Origin: Alphaproteobacteria bacterium
GTDB lineage: Bacteria; Pseudomonadota; Alphaproteobacteria; G965222575
Direction: 5' to 3'
Assembly: GCA_965222575.1 (NCBI GenBank)
Contig: OZ244958.1
Coordinates: forward strand, 864,001 to 928,000
DNA length: 64,000 nt
Shown here: positions 40,981 through 51,108 of the stretch, piece by piece
How the letters are laid out: each line of letters starts with the position of its first letter
How positions within the stretch are numbered: the stretch's first letter is position 1
Position numbers and translations under genes: made by a program
Notes under the pieces: generated by a model
Told to the model about the DNA's origin: nothing
The model's input: only the letters and a program-made list of their open reading frames with translations
Databases searched by the model: none

Positions 40981-42027
40981 ATGACTGAACAAATTCACAA
41001 AAACTGGACAGATTTAATAGAACCTAAGCAATTGACCTATGCACCGGGGCTTAATGCTGAACGTGAAGGGACGGTCATTATGAAACCCTTAGAGAAAGGA
41101 TATGCTCTAACGCTTGGCAATGCGCTAAGACGCGTTCTGTTGAGTTCTCTCAGAGGCAGTGCAGTGACAGGGATTAGAATCCAAGGGATTATCCATGAAT
41201 TTTCTTCTATTCCCGGCATAAAAGAAGACTTGGTGCATATTATTTTGAATCTTAAAGGCTTAGAAATCAAACTGCACAGCGAAGAAAAAATTATCTTACC
41301 CCTTAAGGTTAAAGGCCCTAAGAAGGTGACAGCCTCTGATTTTTCGCTTCCTGCTAGCGTAGAGATACTAAATCCGGATCATTATCTCATGGAGCTTGAT
41401 AACAATACCTCCATAGAAGCAGAGATATTTGTCTCCAAGGGGAAAGGGTATGTACCAGCGAGTCAGAATAAATCGGAAGAGGATACATTTGATACGATAC
41501 CGGTGGATGCGATTTTCACTCCTGTGAAGAAGGTGTCCTATGAAGTTGAAAGTGTGCGCGAGGGAGATATACTAGACTATGACAAGCTGTCTTTATACGT
41601 TAAGACCAACGGCACAATTTCTCCGGAGGATGCGATTGCGTTGGGGGCGCGGATTTTGAAGCATCAGTTAGATTTTTTCATTAATTTTGAAGAGCCTGAA
41701 GTAGAGCAAGAACCTGAAGAAATTCCTGAGCATGACATACGGCAAAAGCAAGCGCTTTTGACAAAAATAGAAGAGCTAGAGTTATCTGTTCGTTCTGCTA
41801 ATTGTCTTAAGAATGACAATGTTTTGTATGTAGCGGATTTGGTACAACGCACAGAGCAGGACATGTTGAAGACGCCGAATTTTGGTCTTAAGTCTCTGAG
41901 TGAAATCAAAAGCATTTTAGAGCGCATGAAGTTGCGGTTAGGGATGGTATTAGAGGAGGATTGGGATACGGAAAAGGAGCTTCGAAAGTTACAAAACATT
42001 ACCCGCAGGAGAGGCACTGATTTATAA
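40981..42027 (+). CDS. rpoA: RNA polymerase alpha subunit
   Basis: TLGNALRRVLLSS, ELSVRSANCL. Confidence 0.97.
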   Translation: MTEQIHKNWTDLIEPKQLTYAPGLNAEREGTVIMKPLEKGYALTLGNALRRVLLSSLRGSAVTGIRIQGIIHEFSSIPGIKEDLVHIILNLKGLEIKLHSEEKIILPLKVKGPKKVTASDFSLPASVEILNPDHYLMELDNNTSIEAEIFVSKGKGYVPASQNKSEEDTFDTIPVDAIFTPVKKVSYEVESVREGDILDYDKLSLYVKTNGTISPEDAIALGARILKHQLDFFINFEEPEVEQEPEEIPEHDIRQKQALLTKIEELELSVRSANCLKNDNVLYVADLVQRTEQDMLKTPNFGLKSLSEIKSILERMKLRLGMVLEEDWDTEKELRKLQNITRRRGTDL

Positions 42028-42431
42028 TGAGGCACTTAAAAGTCAGGCGCCGTTTTAAGAGGTCATCCTCTCACCGGATTGCTATGTTCAGAAATTTGGT
42101 ACAGGACTTGGTGCAGCACGAGAGGATAGAAACGACTGTTGCGAAGGCGAAAGCGTTGCGTCCTATGGTGGAAAAATTGATTACCAAGTGTCGTACTGAC
42201 TCGTTAGCGATAAGGCGTAAGGTCATCAAAACGCTTGGAGGGAATGGGCAAGCGGTGGGAAAACTTTTTTCAGACCTTGGGCCTCGGTTTGCGAAACGTC
42301 AAGGGGGATACACCCGGATACTCAAAACCGGGCATCGACACGGAGACAATGCCCCTTTAGCTCTTATGGAATTCGTAGAAAGAAAAACAGAAACGTCCTC
42401 GAAAAATGATAAAACAAAACCCCCTTCTTAA
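42027..42431 (+). CDS. rplQ: 50S ribosomal protein L17
   Basis: IETTVAKAK, GGYTRI, GDNAP. Confidence 0.96.
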   Translation: MRHLKVRRRFKRSSSHRIAMFRNLVQDLVQHERIETTVAKAKALRPMVEKLITKCRTDSLAIRRKVIKTLGGNGQAVGKLFSDLGPRFAKRQGGYTRILKTGHRHGDNAPLALMEFVERKTETSSKNDKTKPPS

Positions 42432-43818
42432 AGCTCTAGGGTTAGGGGTTTGTCTTCTTTCCTTTACGGGAGAGGCGGCCACAAGAGTTGTCCCTAAAGA
42501 CCAAGAGCAGCTTTCTTATGCTCCCCTTGTCAAAAATATTTTGCCTTCTGTGGTGAATGTGTATGCAAGTTCCGTCAATGTCACCCCGTCAGGGTTTTCT
42601 CTATTTAATGACCCCTTTTTCAAAGATTTTTTTGATATTTTCCCGCAAATGCCGCAGACTCGTCAGACCTTAGGCTCAGGGGTGATCATCTCTCAAGATG
42701 GTCTCATTATCACCAACCATCATGTGATTAAGAAAGCGACAGATATTCAGGTTATCATGCATGATGGACAAGAACATGCAGCGGAGATTCTTCTCTCTGC
42801 CCCGAGTTCAGACTTGGTTGTTCTCAAGTTAAAGAACTTGAAAAAGCCCTTGAGCATCACGCCTCTTACCCTAGCGGATACAGACAAAGTGGAGGTGGGA
42901 GATATTGTGTTGGCTATTGGGAATCCCTTTGGGGTTGGACAAACGGTGACCAGTGGTATTGTCTCAGGGTTATCTCGCACAGGGATTTTAAGTAAGGGCA
43001 ACATTTTCATTCAAACAGATGCTGCGATTAATCCGGGGAACTCCGGGGGGCCTCTCATTGATATGCAAGGGAAGCTCTTAGGGATTAATACAGCCATTGT
43101 GTCACGCTCAGGTGGCTCACAGGGGATAGGATTTGCCATTCCCTCTGTGATGATTAAGAAGGTTTTAGAAGCGGTCAAAAATAAAGCGAAATTTCTGATT
43201 TACCCGTGGACAGGTCTTGGGACTTTTAGTCTCAGTAGTGAGAAGCGTGAAGAATTGGACTATCCTTTTTCAGATGGTGTTGGGATTAAGGCTGTAGCAG
43301 AAGATAGTCCGGGGCAGAAAGCCGGCATACAGAAAGGGGATATTCTTCAGTCTTTTGGGTCTTATGAGAAGGTGAATGAGGATATGTTTTTATTTCGCGT
43401 TAAAACCTCTAATCACGGGGAAAGGGTGCCTGTAAAGATTTGGCGCGAGGGGAAGATTCTGAAGAAAGTCCTAGAGATGAAACTGCCGCCGCTTACAAAG
43501 GACGATACAAAGGTTTTGAAAGGGAAGAATAATCCTCTTGCAGGGATTAGGGTCAAGACGTTATCGCCTCGGTTGATACAACAGAAAGGACTGTCTTATG
43601 CGCAAGTTGGCATATTAATTGTGGGTCTTACGGAAGAGGCTGTTCCCATTGCTCGACAGCTTGCTTCTGAAGACATTATTATCTCTGTCAATGGAGAGAC
43701 TGTTAGCTCTGTGAAGGCATTAGAGGCCGAATTGACAAAGCAAGAAAAGAAAAGGAATTGGGAAATACGTATTATTCGTGCGGGTCAAGTCTTGAATTAT
43801 CGTTTTCGTAAGAGTTAG
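42406..43818 (+). CDS. HtrA/DegP (Do) family serine endoprotease with PDZ domains
   Basis: Signal peptide, LGSGVI, TNHHV, QTDAAINPGNSGGPL; usual alphaproteobacterial position after rplQ. Confidence 0.92.
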   Translation: MIKQNPLLKALGLGVCLLSFTGEAATRVVPKDQEQLSYAPLVKNILPSVVNVYASSVNVTPSGFSLFNDPFFKDFFDIFPQMPQTRQTLGSGVIISQDGLIITNHHVIKKATDIQVIMHDGQEHAAEILLSAPSSDLVVLKLKNLKKPLSITPLTLADTDKVEVGDIVLAIGNPFGVGQTVTSGIVSGLSRTGILSKGNIFIQTDAAINPGNSGGPLIDMQGKLLGINTAIVSRSGGSQGIGFAIPSVMIKKVLEAVKNKAKFLIYPWTGLGTFSLSSEKREELDYPFSDGVGIKAVAEDSPGQKAGIQKGDILQSFGSYEKVNEDMFLFRVKTSNHGERVPVKIWREGKILKKVLEMKLPPLTKDDTKVLKGKNNPLAGIRVKTLSPRLIQQKGLSYAQVGILIVGLTEEAVPIARQLASEDIIISVNGETVSSVKALEAELTKQEKKRNWEIRIIRAGQVLNYRFRKS

Positions 43819-43821
43819 AGC

Positions 43822-44748
43822 ATGTCATCTGTGGAGCATCAGGTGGGAGAGGATCAGCACCAAATGCGCCTAGATAGGTTTTTGAAAACCCACTATTCCC
43901 GTCTTCCTCAAGCGCTGATAGAAAAGCTTTTGCGTCATCACCGCATTAGAGTTAATGGTCATAAAACGGGGGCGGATTTTCGCCTAAAAACAGGAGATAC
44001 GGTATGGATTGGCATGAAGCCTGAGAGGAAAGTTTTGCAATCTTCACCAGCTAGTATTCCCGAGAAGTGGCAAACGCTGTTCTTATCGTCTGTGGTTTAT
44101 CGGGATGAGGCATTGCTTGTGATGAATAAACCTAATGGTTTAGCAGTACAAGGAGGGAGTCGTCAACGCATAAGCGTGGATTCTCTTCTTGAGGTCTTAG
44201 AGGAGGCAGGGGGAAGACTTGTACACCGTTTAGACAAGGAAACCTCTGGATTATTGATTATTGCCCGCACGCGTCAAGCTGCTAAGAAACTGGGAGAAAT
44301 GTTCAAAGAGCGAAAAATTGAAAAGACCTATTGTGCGGTGGTAAAAGCCATAGGGGAAAAGGGCCAACAATCTCTTGCAGCTGGTCAGACAGGAGAAATG
44401 ACACAAGCCATAGCGGATTACAAAAGGGGACGTGTTCTGCCGGCTCTCACGCGGTATCAGCAGGTGAGAAGGCGTGGCGATATGGTGTTGCTAACGCTTT
44501 CTCCTCTCACAGGGCGCAAACATCAAATCAGGCGGCACTGTGCAGGCAGTGGACTTGCTATCATAGGAGATACTGTTTATATGGGGCTTGCTGGTATTCA
44601 AGAGAATCAAGACAAGGACTTTTTTCGCCAACACCCTTTGTGTTTACACGCTAGCACTCTTTGTTTTGCGCACCCCTTTACAGGGAATACTCTCCGTGTA
44701 GAAGCCCCTCTTCCTGTACATATGCAAAAATGGTGGCAAGAAATTTAA
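43822..44748 (+). CDS. RluA/RluC family pseudouridine synthase with S4 domain
   Basis: MRLDRFL, NKPNGLAVQGG, LVHRLDKETSG, TGRKHQIR, LHA. Confidence 0.92.
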   Translation: MSSVEHQVGEDQHQMRLDRFLKTHYSRLPQALIEKLLRHHRIRVNGHKTGADFRLKTGDTVWIGMKPERKVLQSSPASIPEKWQTLFLSSVVYRDEALLVMNKPNGLAVQGGSRQRISVDSLLEVLEEAGGRLVHRLDKETSGLLIIARTRQAAKKLGEMFKERKIEKTYCAVVKAIGEKGQQSLAAGQTGEMTQAIADYKRGRVLPALTRYQQVRRRGDMVLLTLSPLTGRKHQIRRHCAGSGLAIIGDTVYMGLAGIQENQDKDFFRQHPLCLHASTLCFAHPFTGNTLRVEAPLPVHMQKWWQEI

Positions 44749-45287
44749 GCTTCGTGCGTCATAGCAAGACGCACGCCGCCCTGTTTCTGAATTTTTGGTG
44801 TTGAAAGCAAAGTTTTGATGGATTTTCCTGTAGGATGGCGCCAACGGGGACAAAGTTCAAACAGAGGTGCGAGAACAAATTTTCGTTCCATCATGCGGGG
44901 ATGAGGGAGGAGAAGGCAATGGCTGACAACCAATGAAACACCGTGATAATCTAACAAATCCAAGTCTAGCTGTCGAGGGGCCTTGCGTTTGGAAAGGAAA
45001 GACCGATAAGGAGACCGACCAAAGAGACTTTCTATCTCCTGAAGCCTTTTCATCAGAGGCTTTGGGAAAACAGGGGTAGCAAGCTCTAAGACGCCATTGA
45101 TATAGGGCGTGCGGCTGTTGCAAACCTGCCCTGTATCTGTGAGAGCAGGAAAAGACCAAAGGGATGAGTGTCTGAGGGGGGTGATGTTGCGTTGGGATAG
45201 GGCCATGCAGACTTCTTTGACAAGTGCGGAGATTCTGTCTATGGTTTTCTCATTAGTGCCAAATCCTAAAAAAATCATCCTTGTCAT
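44745..45287 (-). CDS. folK: 2-amino-4-hydroxy-6-hydroxymethyldihydropteridine diphosphokinase
   Basis: GFGTN, PRQLDLDLL, LPHPRMMERKFVLAPL. Confidence 0.88.
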   Translation of the reverse strand: MTRMIFLGFGTNEKTIDRISALVKEVCMALSQRNITPLRHSSLWSFPALTDTGQVCNSRTPYINGVLELATPVFPKPLMKRLQEIESLFGRSPYRSFLSKRKAPRQLDLDLLDYHGVSLVVSHCLLLPHPRMMERKFVLAPLFELCPRWRHPTGKSIKTLLSTPKIQKQGGVRLAMTHEA

Positions 45288-45364
45288 AAAAATTTATTGC
45301 TAGTACCTTATGAAAGAGTACCATTCACAAGGATAAAGGACTATTGTACAACAAGGTTGTGAGA

Positions 45365-47206
45365 ATGGAAAAGACGAAACTTTACAAAATGCGCCACTCT
45401 TGCGCTCATCTGTTAGCAGCAGCAGTACAAAGTCTTTTTAAGGGCGCGCAATTTGGGATAGGCCCCCCTGTTGAGAATGGTCTATTTTATGATATTTATC
45501 TACCACAGCCACTGAAAGCTAGTGACTTGCCGAAAATAGAGCAACGCATGAAAGCCCTCCAATCTCAAAAAATTCCTTTTAAGCAGGAGATAGTAGAGAT
45601 TAATCAAGCCATAGCCTTAATGGAAGCACGTGCACAGCCCTTTAAGGTGGAGCTTCTTAAGATGCTACAAACCCAAGGCTCTACAGCTGTTGCAAAGGAG
45701 ACGCAAGACCCTCTAATATCCAACGTTAAAGGGGCAGTCACAGAGGTGTCTTTATTTCATACAGGAGAGTTTTTAGATTTGTGTCGTGGTCCTCATGTGA
45801 ACGATACCTCTGAAGTTGGCATTTTTAAGGTGTCCAGAATGACAGGGGCATATTGGCGTGGGAATGCTCAGAATCCTCAACTACAGAGAATCTATGCGTT
45901 GTGTTTTGAAACAAAAAAGGAGCTTGAACAGTGTGAGTGGGAATTAGAGCAGGCGGCGAGGAGGGATCACCGTAAAGTTGGCAAGGCGCTAGGCATTTTT
46001 ATGTGTGATAAAGATATTGGTCCCGGTCTCCCTTTATGGTTGCCTAATGGGGCTATTATCCGCGATGAGCTAGAGCATTTTGCGCGCGAAAAGGAAGCGC
46101 AAGCAGGATATCAGCGCGTTTTTACCCCTCATTTGACAAAAGCGCAGCTTTATAAGCTCTCCGGTCACCTTCCCTACTACAAAGAGGATATGTACGCCCC
46201 TTTGGAGATTGATGGAGAGGATTACTATCTTCGCCCTATGAATTGTCCGCACCACCACAAGATTTACGCTCGCAAGCGGCGCTCTTACCGGGAGTTGCCC
46301 TTACGTTTATCTGAGTACGGACAAGTTTACCGATATGAAGCAAGCGGGGGGTTATGCGGTCTGATGCGCACGCGCGGCTTTTGTCAAAATGATGCCCATA
46401 TTTATTGCTCTCAAGAGCAGGCGGAAGAAGAATTCCTAACCGTTATGAAAATGCACGCTAGTTACTATAAGGTTTTTGGGGTTAAAGATTTTTGGATGGA
46501 GTTGTGTATGCCTGATGAAGAGAATCTCAAAAAATATATCTCCGACCCTAAGGGATGGAAAACAACAATGGACATTTTGCGTCAAGCCATGAAGCACTCC
46601 GGATACCCCCACCAAGAGATCAAAGGAGAAGCAGCATTTTATGGCCCTAAAGTAGATTTTCTCATCAAAAGCGCCATTGGAACGACCTATGCAATTTCCA
46701 CTAATCAACTAGACTTCATGTCTGCTAAGCGCTTTCAAATGGTCTATGAGACCTCAAGCGGTCAAAAGGACTATGTCTATGTGATTCACCGCGCCCCCTT
46801 AGGGTCTCATGAGCGGTTTATCGCCTTTTTAATTGAGCACTATGCAGGGGCTTTCCCTTGCTGGCTAGCGCCTCTTCAGGTTGTGATTATCCCCATCACA
46901 GACCGCCACAAAGACATTGCACAAAAAGTCTACAACACACTCATGGAGAATCGCCTGCCAACTGCTACTTCTGCTATGCGGATACAGATAGACGACTCTT
47001 CTGAACGGATGCAAAAAAAAATTCACAACGCCCAAACACAAAAAGTGCCCTACATGATTATCTTAGGAGATAAAGAGCAACAATTTTCTAAGATTTCTGT
47101 GCGAAAAAGAAATGGGACAAACTTAGGACTTTGCCCTCTTTCGCACTTTGAACAGCATATAAAAGAAGAAATCACCCGTCGTCAGGATTTACCATGGAAA
47201 GTCTAA
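45365..47206 (+). CDS. thrS: Threonine--tRNA ligase (no TGS domain)
   Basis: RHSCAHLL, DLCRGPH, RDHRKVG, PMNCP, AAFYGPK, ERFIAFLIEH. Start is ATG 45365 or TTG 45344. Confidence 0.95.
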   Translation: MEKTKLYKMRHSCAHLLAAAVQSLFKGAQFGIGPPVENGLFYDIYLPQPLKASDLPKIEQRMKALQSQKIPFKQEIVEINQAIALMEARAQPFKVELLKMLQTQGSTAVAKETQDPLISNVKGAVTEVSLFHTGEFLDLCRGPHVNDTSEVGIFKVSRMTGAYWRGNAQNPQLQRIYALCFETKKELEQCEWELEQAARRDHRKVGKALGIFMCDKDIGPGLPLWLPNGAIIRDELEHFAREKEAQAGYQRVFTPHLTKAQLYKLSGHLPYYKEDMYAPLEIDGEDYYLRPMNCPHHHKIYARKRRSYRELPLRLSEYGQVYRYEASGGLCGLMRTRGFCQNDAHIYCSQEQAEEEFLTVMKMHASYYKVFGVKDFWMELCMPDEENLKKYISDPKGWKTTMDILRQAMKHSGYPHQEIKGEAAFYGPKVDFLIKSAIGTTYAISTNQLDFMSAKRFQMVYETSSGQKDYVYVIHRAPLGSHERFIAFLIEHYAGAFPCWLAPLQVVIIPITDRHKDIAQKVYNTLMENRLPTATSAMRIQIDDSSERMQKKIHNAQTQKVPYMIILGDKEQQFSKISVRKRNGTNLGLCPLSHFEQHIKEEITRRQDLPWKV

Positions 47207-49851
47207 ACAGTTTTCAGACAAAGGATACCCTGAGATTAGGGGGAAAACGCTTCTGTTATTACAGCCTCAACAAGATGAGCAAGCAGTATCCTGTAATAGA
47301 ATCGTTCGCCATATGCCAAAAAATCCTCCTTGAGAATCTTTTACGGTTTGAAGATGGGAACACTGTCACAGCAGAGACTCTTTCCTCCTTTTGTTCTCGG
47401 CAAGCCGGTAGTATGGCATTGCATCCGGCGCGGATATTGATGCAGGACTTTACAGGCGTTCCGGCCTTAGTAGACCTAGCATCCATGCGCGATGCAGTGG
47501 TGAAAGCCGGTGGCAATCCCCAACAGATTAATCCTCAGATTCCGGTAGACTTGGTCATAGACCATTCTGTGATGGTAGACGATTTTGCCTCACCGCGGGC
47601 CTTTGAGCATAATTTGAAGCTGGAATATGAAAGGAATAAAGAACGTTATGAATTTCTAAAGTGGGGACAGAGTGCTTTTCGTAATGTCCGCATTGTGCCT
47701 CCCGGTGCAGGGATATGTCATCAGGTCAACATTGAGTTTTTAAGTCAGGTGATTGTTGCCAATGGGCAAACAAAAGCACTCTATCCAGATATCGTGTTAG
47801 GTACAGACAGCCATACTACTATGGCTGGGGCTCTTGGGGTGTTGAGTTGGGGCATTGGGGGCATTGAAGCAGAGTCGGCTATGATGGGGCATCCGGTAAC
47901 ACTTACGATTCCCGATGTGATTGGTGTCCAGTTAAAGGGAAAATTACCCCATGGCACAACAGCAACTGATTTAGTCTTAACAGTAACAGCGGCACTAAGA
48001 AAGAAAAACGTCGTGGGAAAATTTGTAGAATTTTATGGAGAAGGCTTAGACAACTGCTCTCTTCCCACTAGAGCCACCATTGCCAATATGGCACCTGAAT
48101 ACGGGGCAACAGTCGGGTACTTCCCTTGCGATGACCAAACACTTGCCTATCTCAAGCAAACCAATCGCCCTGAAGAGCTTATCAAGCGAGTAGAAGCTTA
48201 TACAAAAGAACAAGGGCTTTGGCGCACGCCCTCTTATCAGCCTGTGTATACAGACACCATCACCATTGACCTCCACGATATTGTGCCTTCTGTGGCAGGC
48301 CCTAAGCGTCCGCAAGATAAGGTCTCCTTAATCTCTGTGCCGGAAGCCTTTCAGCAAGCGCTCAAGACAACCTTCGGCGTCAAACACAAAGACTCAGGTG
48401 TTTTTCTGGAGGAACTCCAGCACACTTTAACCCACGGAGATGTTGTGATAGCTGCTATTACCTCTTGTACCAACACCTCTAATCCTGATGTTCTTCTTGG
48501 TGCTGGTCTTATTGCGAAAAAGGCTGTTGCTTTAGGCTTAACCTCTAAGAAATGGGTCAAAACCTCTTTTGCGCCCGGCTCCCTAGTGGTAACGGATTAT
48601 CTCAAAAACAGCGGCTTACAGCCCTATCTTGAAGCCTTAGGGTTTCATGTTGTAGGGTATGGCTGTACAACCTGTATCGGAAACTCCGGTCCTCTACCAA
48701 AGACAATTGACGCTGCCCTTCAAAAAGGAGACATAACAGTTGCATCAGTCTTATCAGGCAATCGTAATTTTGAAGGGCGCATTCACCCCTTAGTCAAAGC
48801 AAATTTTTTAGCCTCTCCCATGCTTGTGGTCTTGTACGCCCTCGCCGGCTCTATGAACGTCAACCTCATGACAGACCCCATCTGTCAAGACCCGCAAGGA
48901 CGAAACATTACTCTACAAGACCTATGGCCTACAAAAGAGGAACTGAAGGCTCTTGAGCAGTATCTGATACCAGCTTTATATGCGCGTCGTTATCAGGCGA
49001 TTTTTTCTGGCGATAAAAAATGGCAGTCTATTGCCTCTTCTTCCTCTGTGACCTATCCTTGGAATGAAGCCTCTACCTACATCAGAAAAGCCCCCTTTTT
49101 TGATTTGCAACCTGTAGAGTCTCTACAAGGTGCTAGAATATTAGCCCTACTAGGCGATAGCATTACCACAGACCATATTTCGCCCGCCGGGTCCATAGAC
49201 GCAGATAGTCCAGCAGGACAGTATTTAAGTGCAAAAGGCCTTCAAGTTTACGAATTTAATGCTTACGGTGCTAGACGCGGAAATCATGAAGTGATGATTC
49301 GGGGGACTTTCGCTAATGTACGGCTTAAAAATGTCTTAGCGGGGGATTGTGCGGGGGATTGTGCGGGGGATTGTGAAGGGGGCTTTGGGCGCTTCAAAGC
49401 AGGAGGGGATATTTCCCCTTTATATGATATCGCCTGTTCGTATCAATCTGAAAACACGCCCCTAGTTGTCGTAGCAGGCAAAGAATATGGCACAGGGTCT
49501 TCACGAGATTGGGCAGCAAAAGGGACTCGCCTTTTAGGCGTTGGGGCTGTGATAGCTGAGAGCTTTGAGAGAATACATCGGACAAATTTGATAGGCATGG
49601 GGGTATTGCCACTACAATTTATGGAAGGAATCACATGGCGTACCATAGGAATCAAAGGCTATGAAACCTTCAGTATAGACTTATCTTCTGTAGGCTGCCA
49701 AAGGAAGATGCGCTGTAAAATTGAGGGAGTGGAGGGGCGTGTGAAAACAATAAATCTTTTGTGCCGACTGGATACGGAAGCAGAAGTTTTGTACTATAAA
49801 AAGGGGGGGATTTTGCAAGCGGTCTTACAATCTTTTATAGGGTCTTCATGA
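47194..49851 (+). CDS. acnA: Aconitate hydratase A
   Basis: QDFTGVP, GTDSHT, AITSCTNTSNP, GCTTCIGNSG, GSSRDWAAKG. Confidence 0.96.
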   Translation: MESLNSFQTKDTLRLGGKRFCYYSLNKMSKQYPVIESFAICQKILLENLLRFEDGNTVTAETLSSFCSRQAGSMALHPARILMQDFTGVPALVDLASMRDAVVKAGGNPQQINPQIPVDLVIDHSVMVDDFASPRAFEHNLKLEYERNKERYEFLKWGQSAFRNVRIVPPGAGICHQVNIEFLSQVIVANGQTKALYPDIVLGTDSHTTMAGALGVLSWGIGGIEAESAMMGHPVTLTIPDVIGVQLKGKLPHGTTATDLVLTVTAALRKKNVVGKFVEFYGEGLDNCSLPTRATIANMAPEYGATVGYFPCDDQTLAYLKQTNRPEELIKRVEAYTKEQGLWRTPSYQPVYTDTITIDLHDIVPSVAGPKRPQDKVSLISVPEAFQQALKTTFGVKHKDSGVFLEELQHTLTHGDVVIAAITSCTNTSNPDVLLGAGLIAKKAVALGLTSKKWVKTSFAPGSLVVTDYLKNSGLQPYLEALGFHVVGYGCTTCIGNSGPLPKTIDAALQKGDITVASVLSGNRNFEGRIHPLVKANFLASPMLVVLYALAGSMNVNLMTDPICQDPQGRNITLQDLWPTKEELKALEQYLIPALYARRYQAIFSGDKKWQSIASSSSVTYPWNEASTYIRKAPFFDLQPVESLQGARILALLGDSITTDHISPAGSIDADSPAGQYLSAKGLQVYEFNAYGARRGNHEVMIRGTFANVRLKNVLAGDCAGDCAGDCEGGFGRFKAGGDISPLYDIACSYQSENTPLVVVAGKEYGTGSSRDWAAKGTRLLGVGAVIAESFERIHRTNLIGMGVLPLQFMEGITWRTIGIKGYETFSIDLSSVGCQRKMRCKIEGVEGRVKTINLLCRLDTEAEVLYYKKGGILQAVLQSFIGSS
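49339..49374 (+). repeat. Perfect 12-bp tandem repeat GCGGGGGATTGT x3 inside acnA
   Basis: Encodes AGDC-AGDC-AGDC before EGG. Confidence 0.92.
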
Positions 49852-51089
49852 GAGTCGTCATTATAGGAGCTGGTTGTGTTGGTGTAACAACGGCTTATGA
49901 ATTTCATAAAAGAGGAGCGGATGTCACAGTGATTGAGGCTCTTCCTAAGGGGGGATTAGCCACAACATTTTCCAACGGAGGACAATTAAGTATTTACTCA
50001 ACGCCTTGGGCTTCTCCTAAATCCTTTTCTTACTTATGGTCGTCCTTGACCACAAAGAACTCGCCCCTTATTTTCAAGCCTACCTCTCTCTCTGTATGGA
50101 AGTGGTGTTGGCTGTTTTGTCTTCAAACTTTTCCTGCTGCCTACAGGCGTAATTTACAATCTTGTATTGCTTTATCCTTACATAGTATGGCGGTTTTACA
50201 GAAAGTGAAGCAAGAGACAAAAATGACATTTCTGAATAAACCGTCTGGTATCTTGCATCTACACAAAGACCAGAAGGCCTTAAAGTCAGTGGAAAAAGAG
50301 ATAAAAATGTTCAAAGATTACGGCGTCCCTTTAGAGCTTTTATCGCCTGCTGCTTGCCAAGCCCATGAGCCTGCGCTTGCCTATTGTCCATCCTTAGCCT
50401 TTGGGGTGCGAAGTCCTAAAGATGAAATAGGGTGTTCCTTAACCTTTACGCAAAACCTCATAGAATGGCTTCAAGTGCGCGGCGTACAATTTGTGTTTGG
50501 GGAAAATATTCAAAGCACCCAACAGGAGAAGCGAAAACTCATGGCCATCAAAAGCCGAAAAAATAGCTATACAGCAGATCTGTTTGTCTTTTGTACCGGC
50601 ATCTACAGCACGACCTTACTGCCGGATAATTTCCCCCTGTATCCCGTGAAAGGCTATGCGTTGACCATGCCGTCTGTTCCGAAGAAATTTTCTTTGAAAC
50701 TCAGCTTAATGGATGAAAGCACTAAGGTGGTCTTCACGCCTCTTGGCCAGTCACTCCGCGTAGCTGGTATTGCCGATATCAGTGACAAGATAGTCCGTCA
50801 CTCACCGAAACGATTACAATCCTTAAAGAACGCTTGGGCGGCCTTGTTTCCCCATTGCCCCCCTCAACCTCATATCACTCCTTGGTGTTGTATGCGCGCT
50901 ATGACCCCTGATTGTACCCCCATTCTTGGGTTTAGTAACACTTGCCAAAATGTGCTCTATAACACCTCTCATGGCTCTTTAGGCTGGACACAATCCTTCG
51001 GTTGCGCTGACCTTCTTGCCTCTATGGCAACCGCCGAACAACCGGCACTTGCCACTGACGCCTACAGTCCTTCAAGATTCTCAAAGTGA
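49848..51089 (+). CDS. dadA: D-amino acid dehydrogenase-like FAD oxidoreductase
   Basis: GAGCVG FAD motif, TTFSNGGQLS, PLYPVKGY, RAMTPD, HGSLGWT. Confidence 0.82.
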   Translation: MRVVIIGAGCVGVTTAYEFHKRGADVTVIEALPKGGLATTFSNGGQLSIYSTPWASPKSFSYLWSSLTTKNSPLIFKPTSLSVWKWCWLFCLQTFPAAYRRNLQSCIALSLHSMAVLQKVKQETKMTFLNKPSGILHLHKDQKALKSVEKEIKMFKDYGVPLELLSPAACQAHEPALAYCPSLAFGVRSPKDEIGCSLTFTQNLIEWLQVRGVQFVFGENIQSTQQEKRKLMAIKSRKNSYTADLFVFCTGIYSTTLLPDNFPLYPVKGYALTMPSVPKKFSLKLSLMDESTKVVFTPLGQSLRVAGIADISDKIVRHSPKRLQSLKNAWAALFPHCPPQPHITPWCCMRAMTPDCTPILGFSNTCQNVLYNTSHGSLGWTQSFGCADLLASMATAEQPALATDAYSPSRFSK

Positions 51090-51108
51090 AGCGAGAAGTG
51101 ATTACTAG

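Noticed and set aside
39522..42027. Absence of infA, rpmJ and rpsD from the spc/alpha cluster
   Set aside because: This is the normal arrangement in Alphaproteobacteria.
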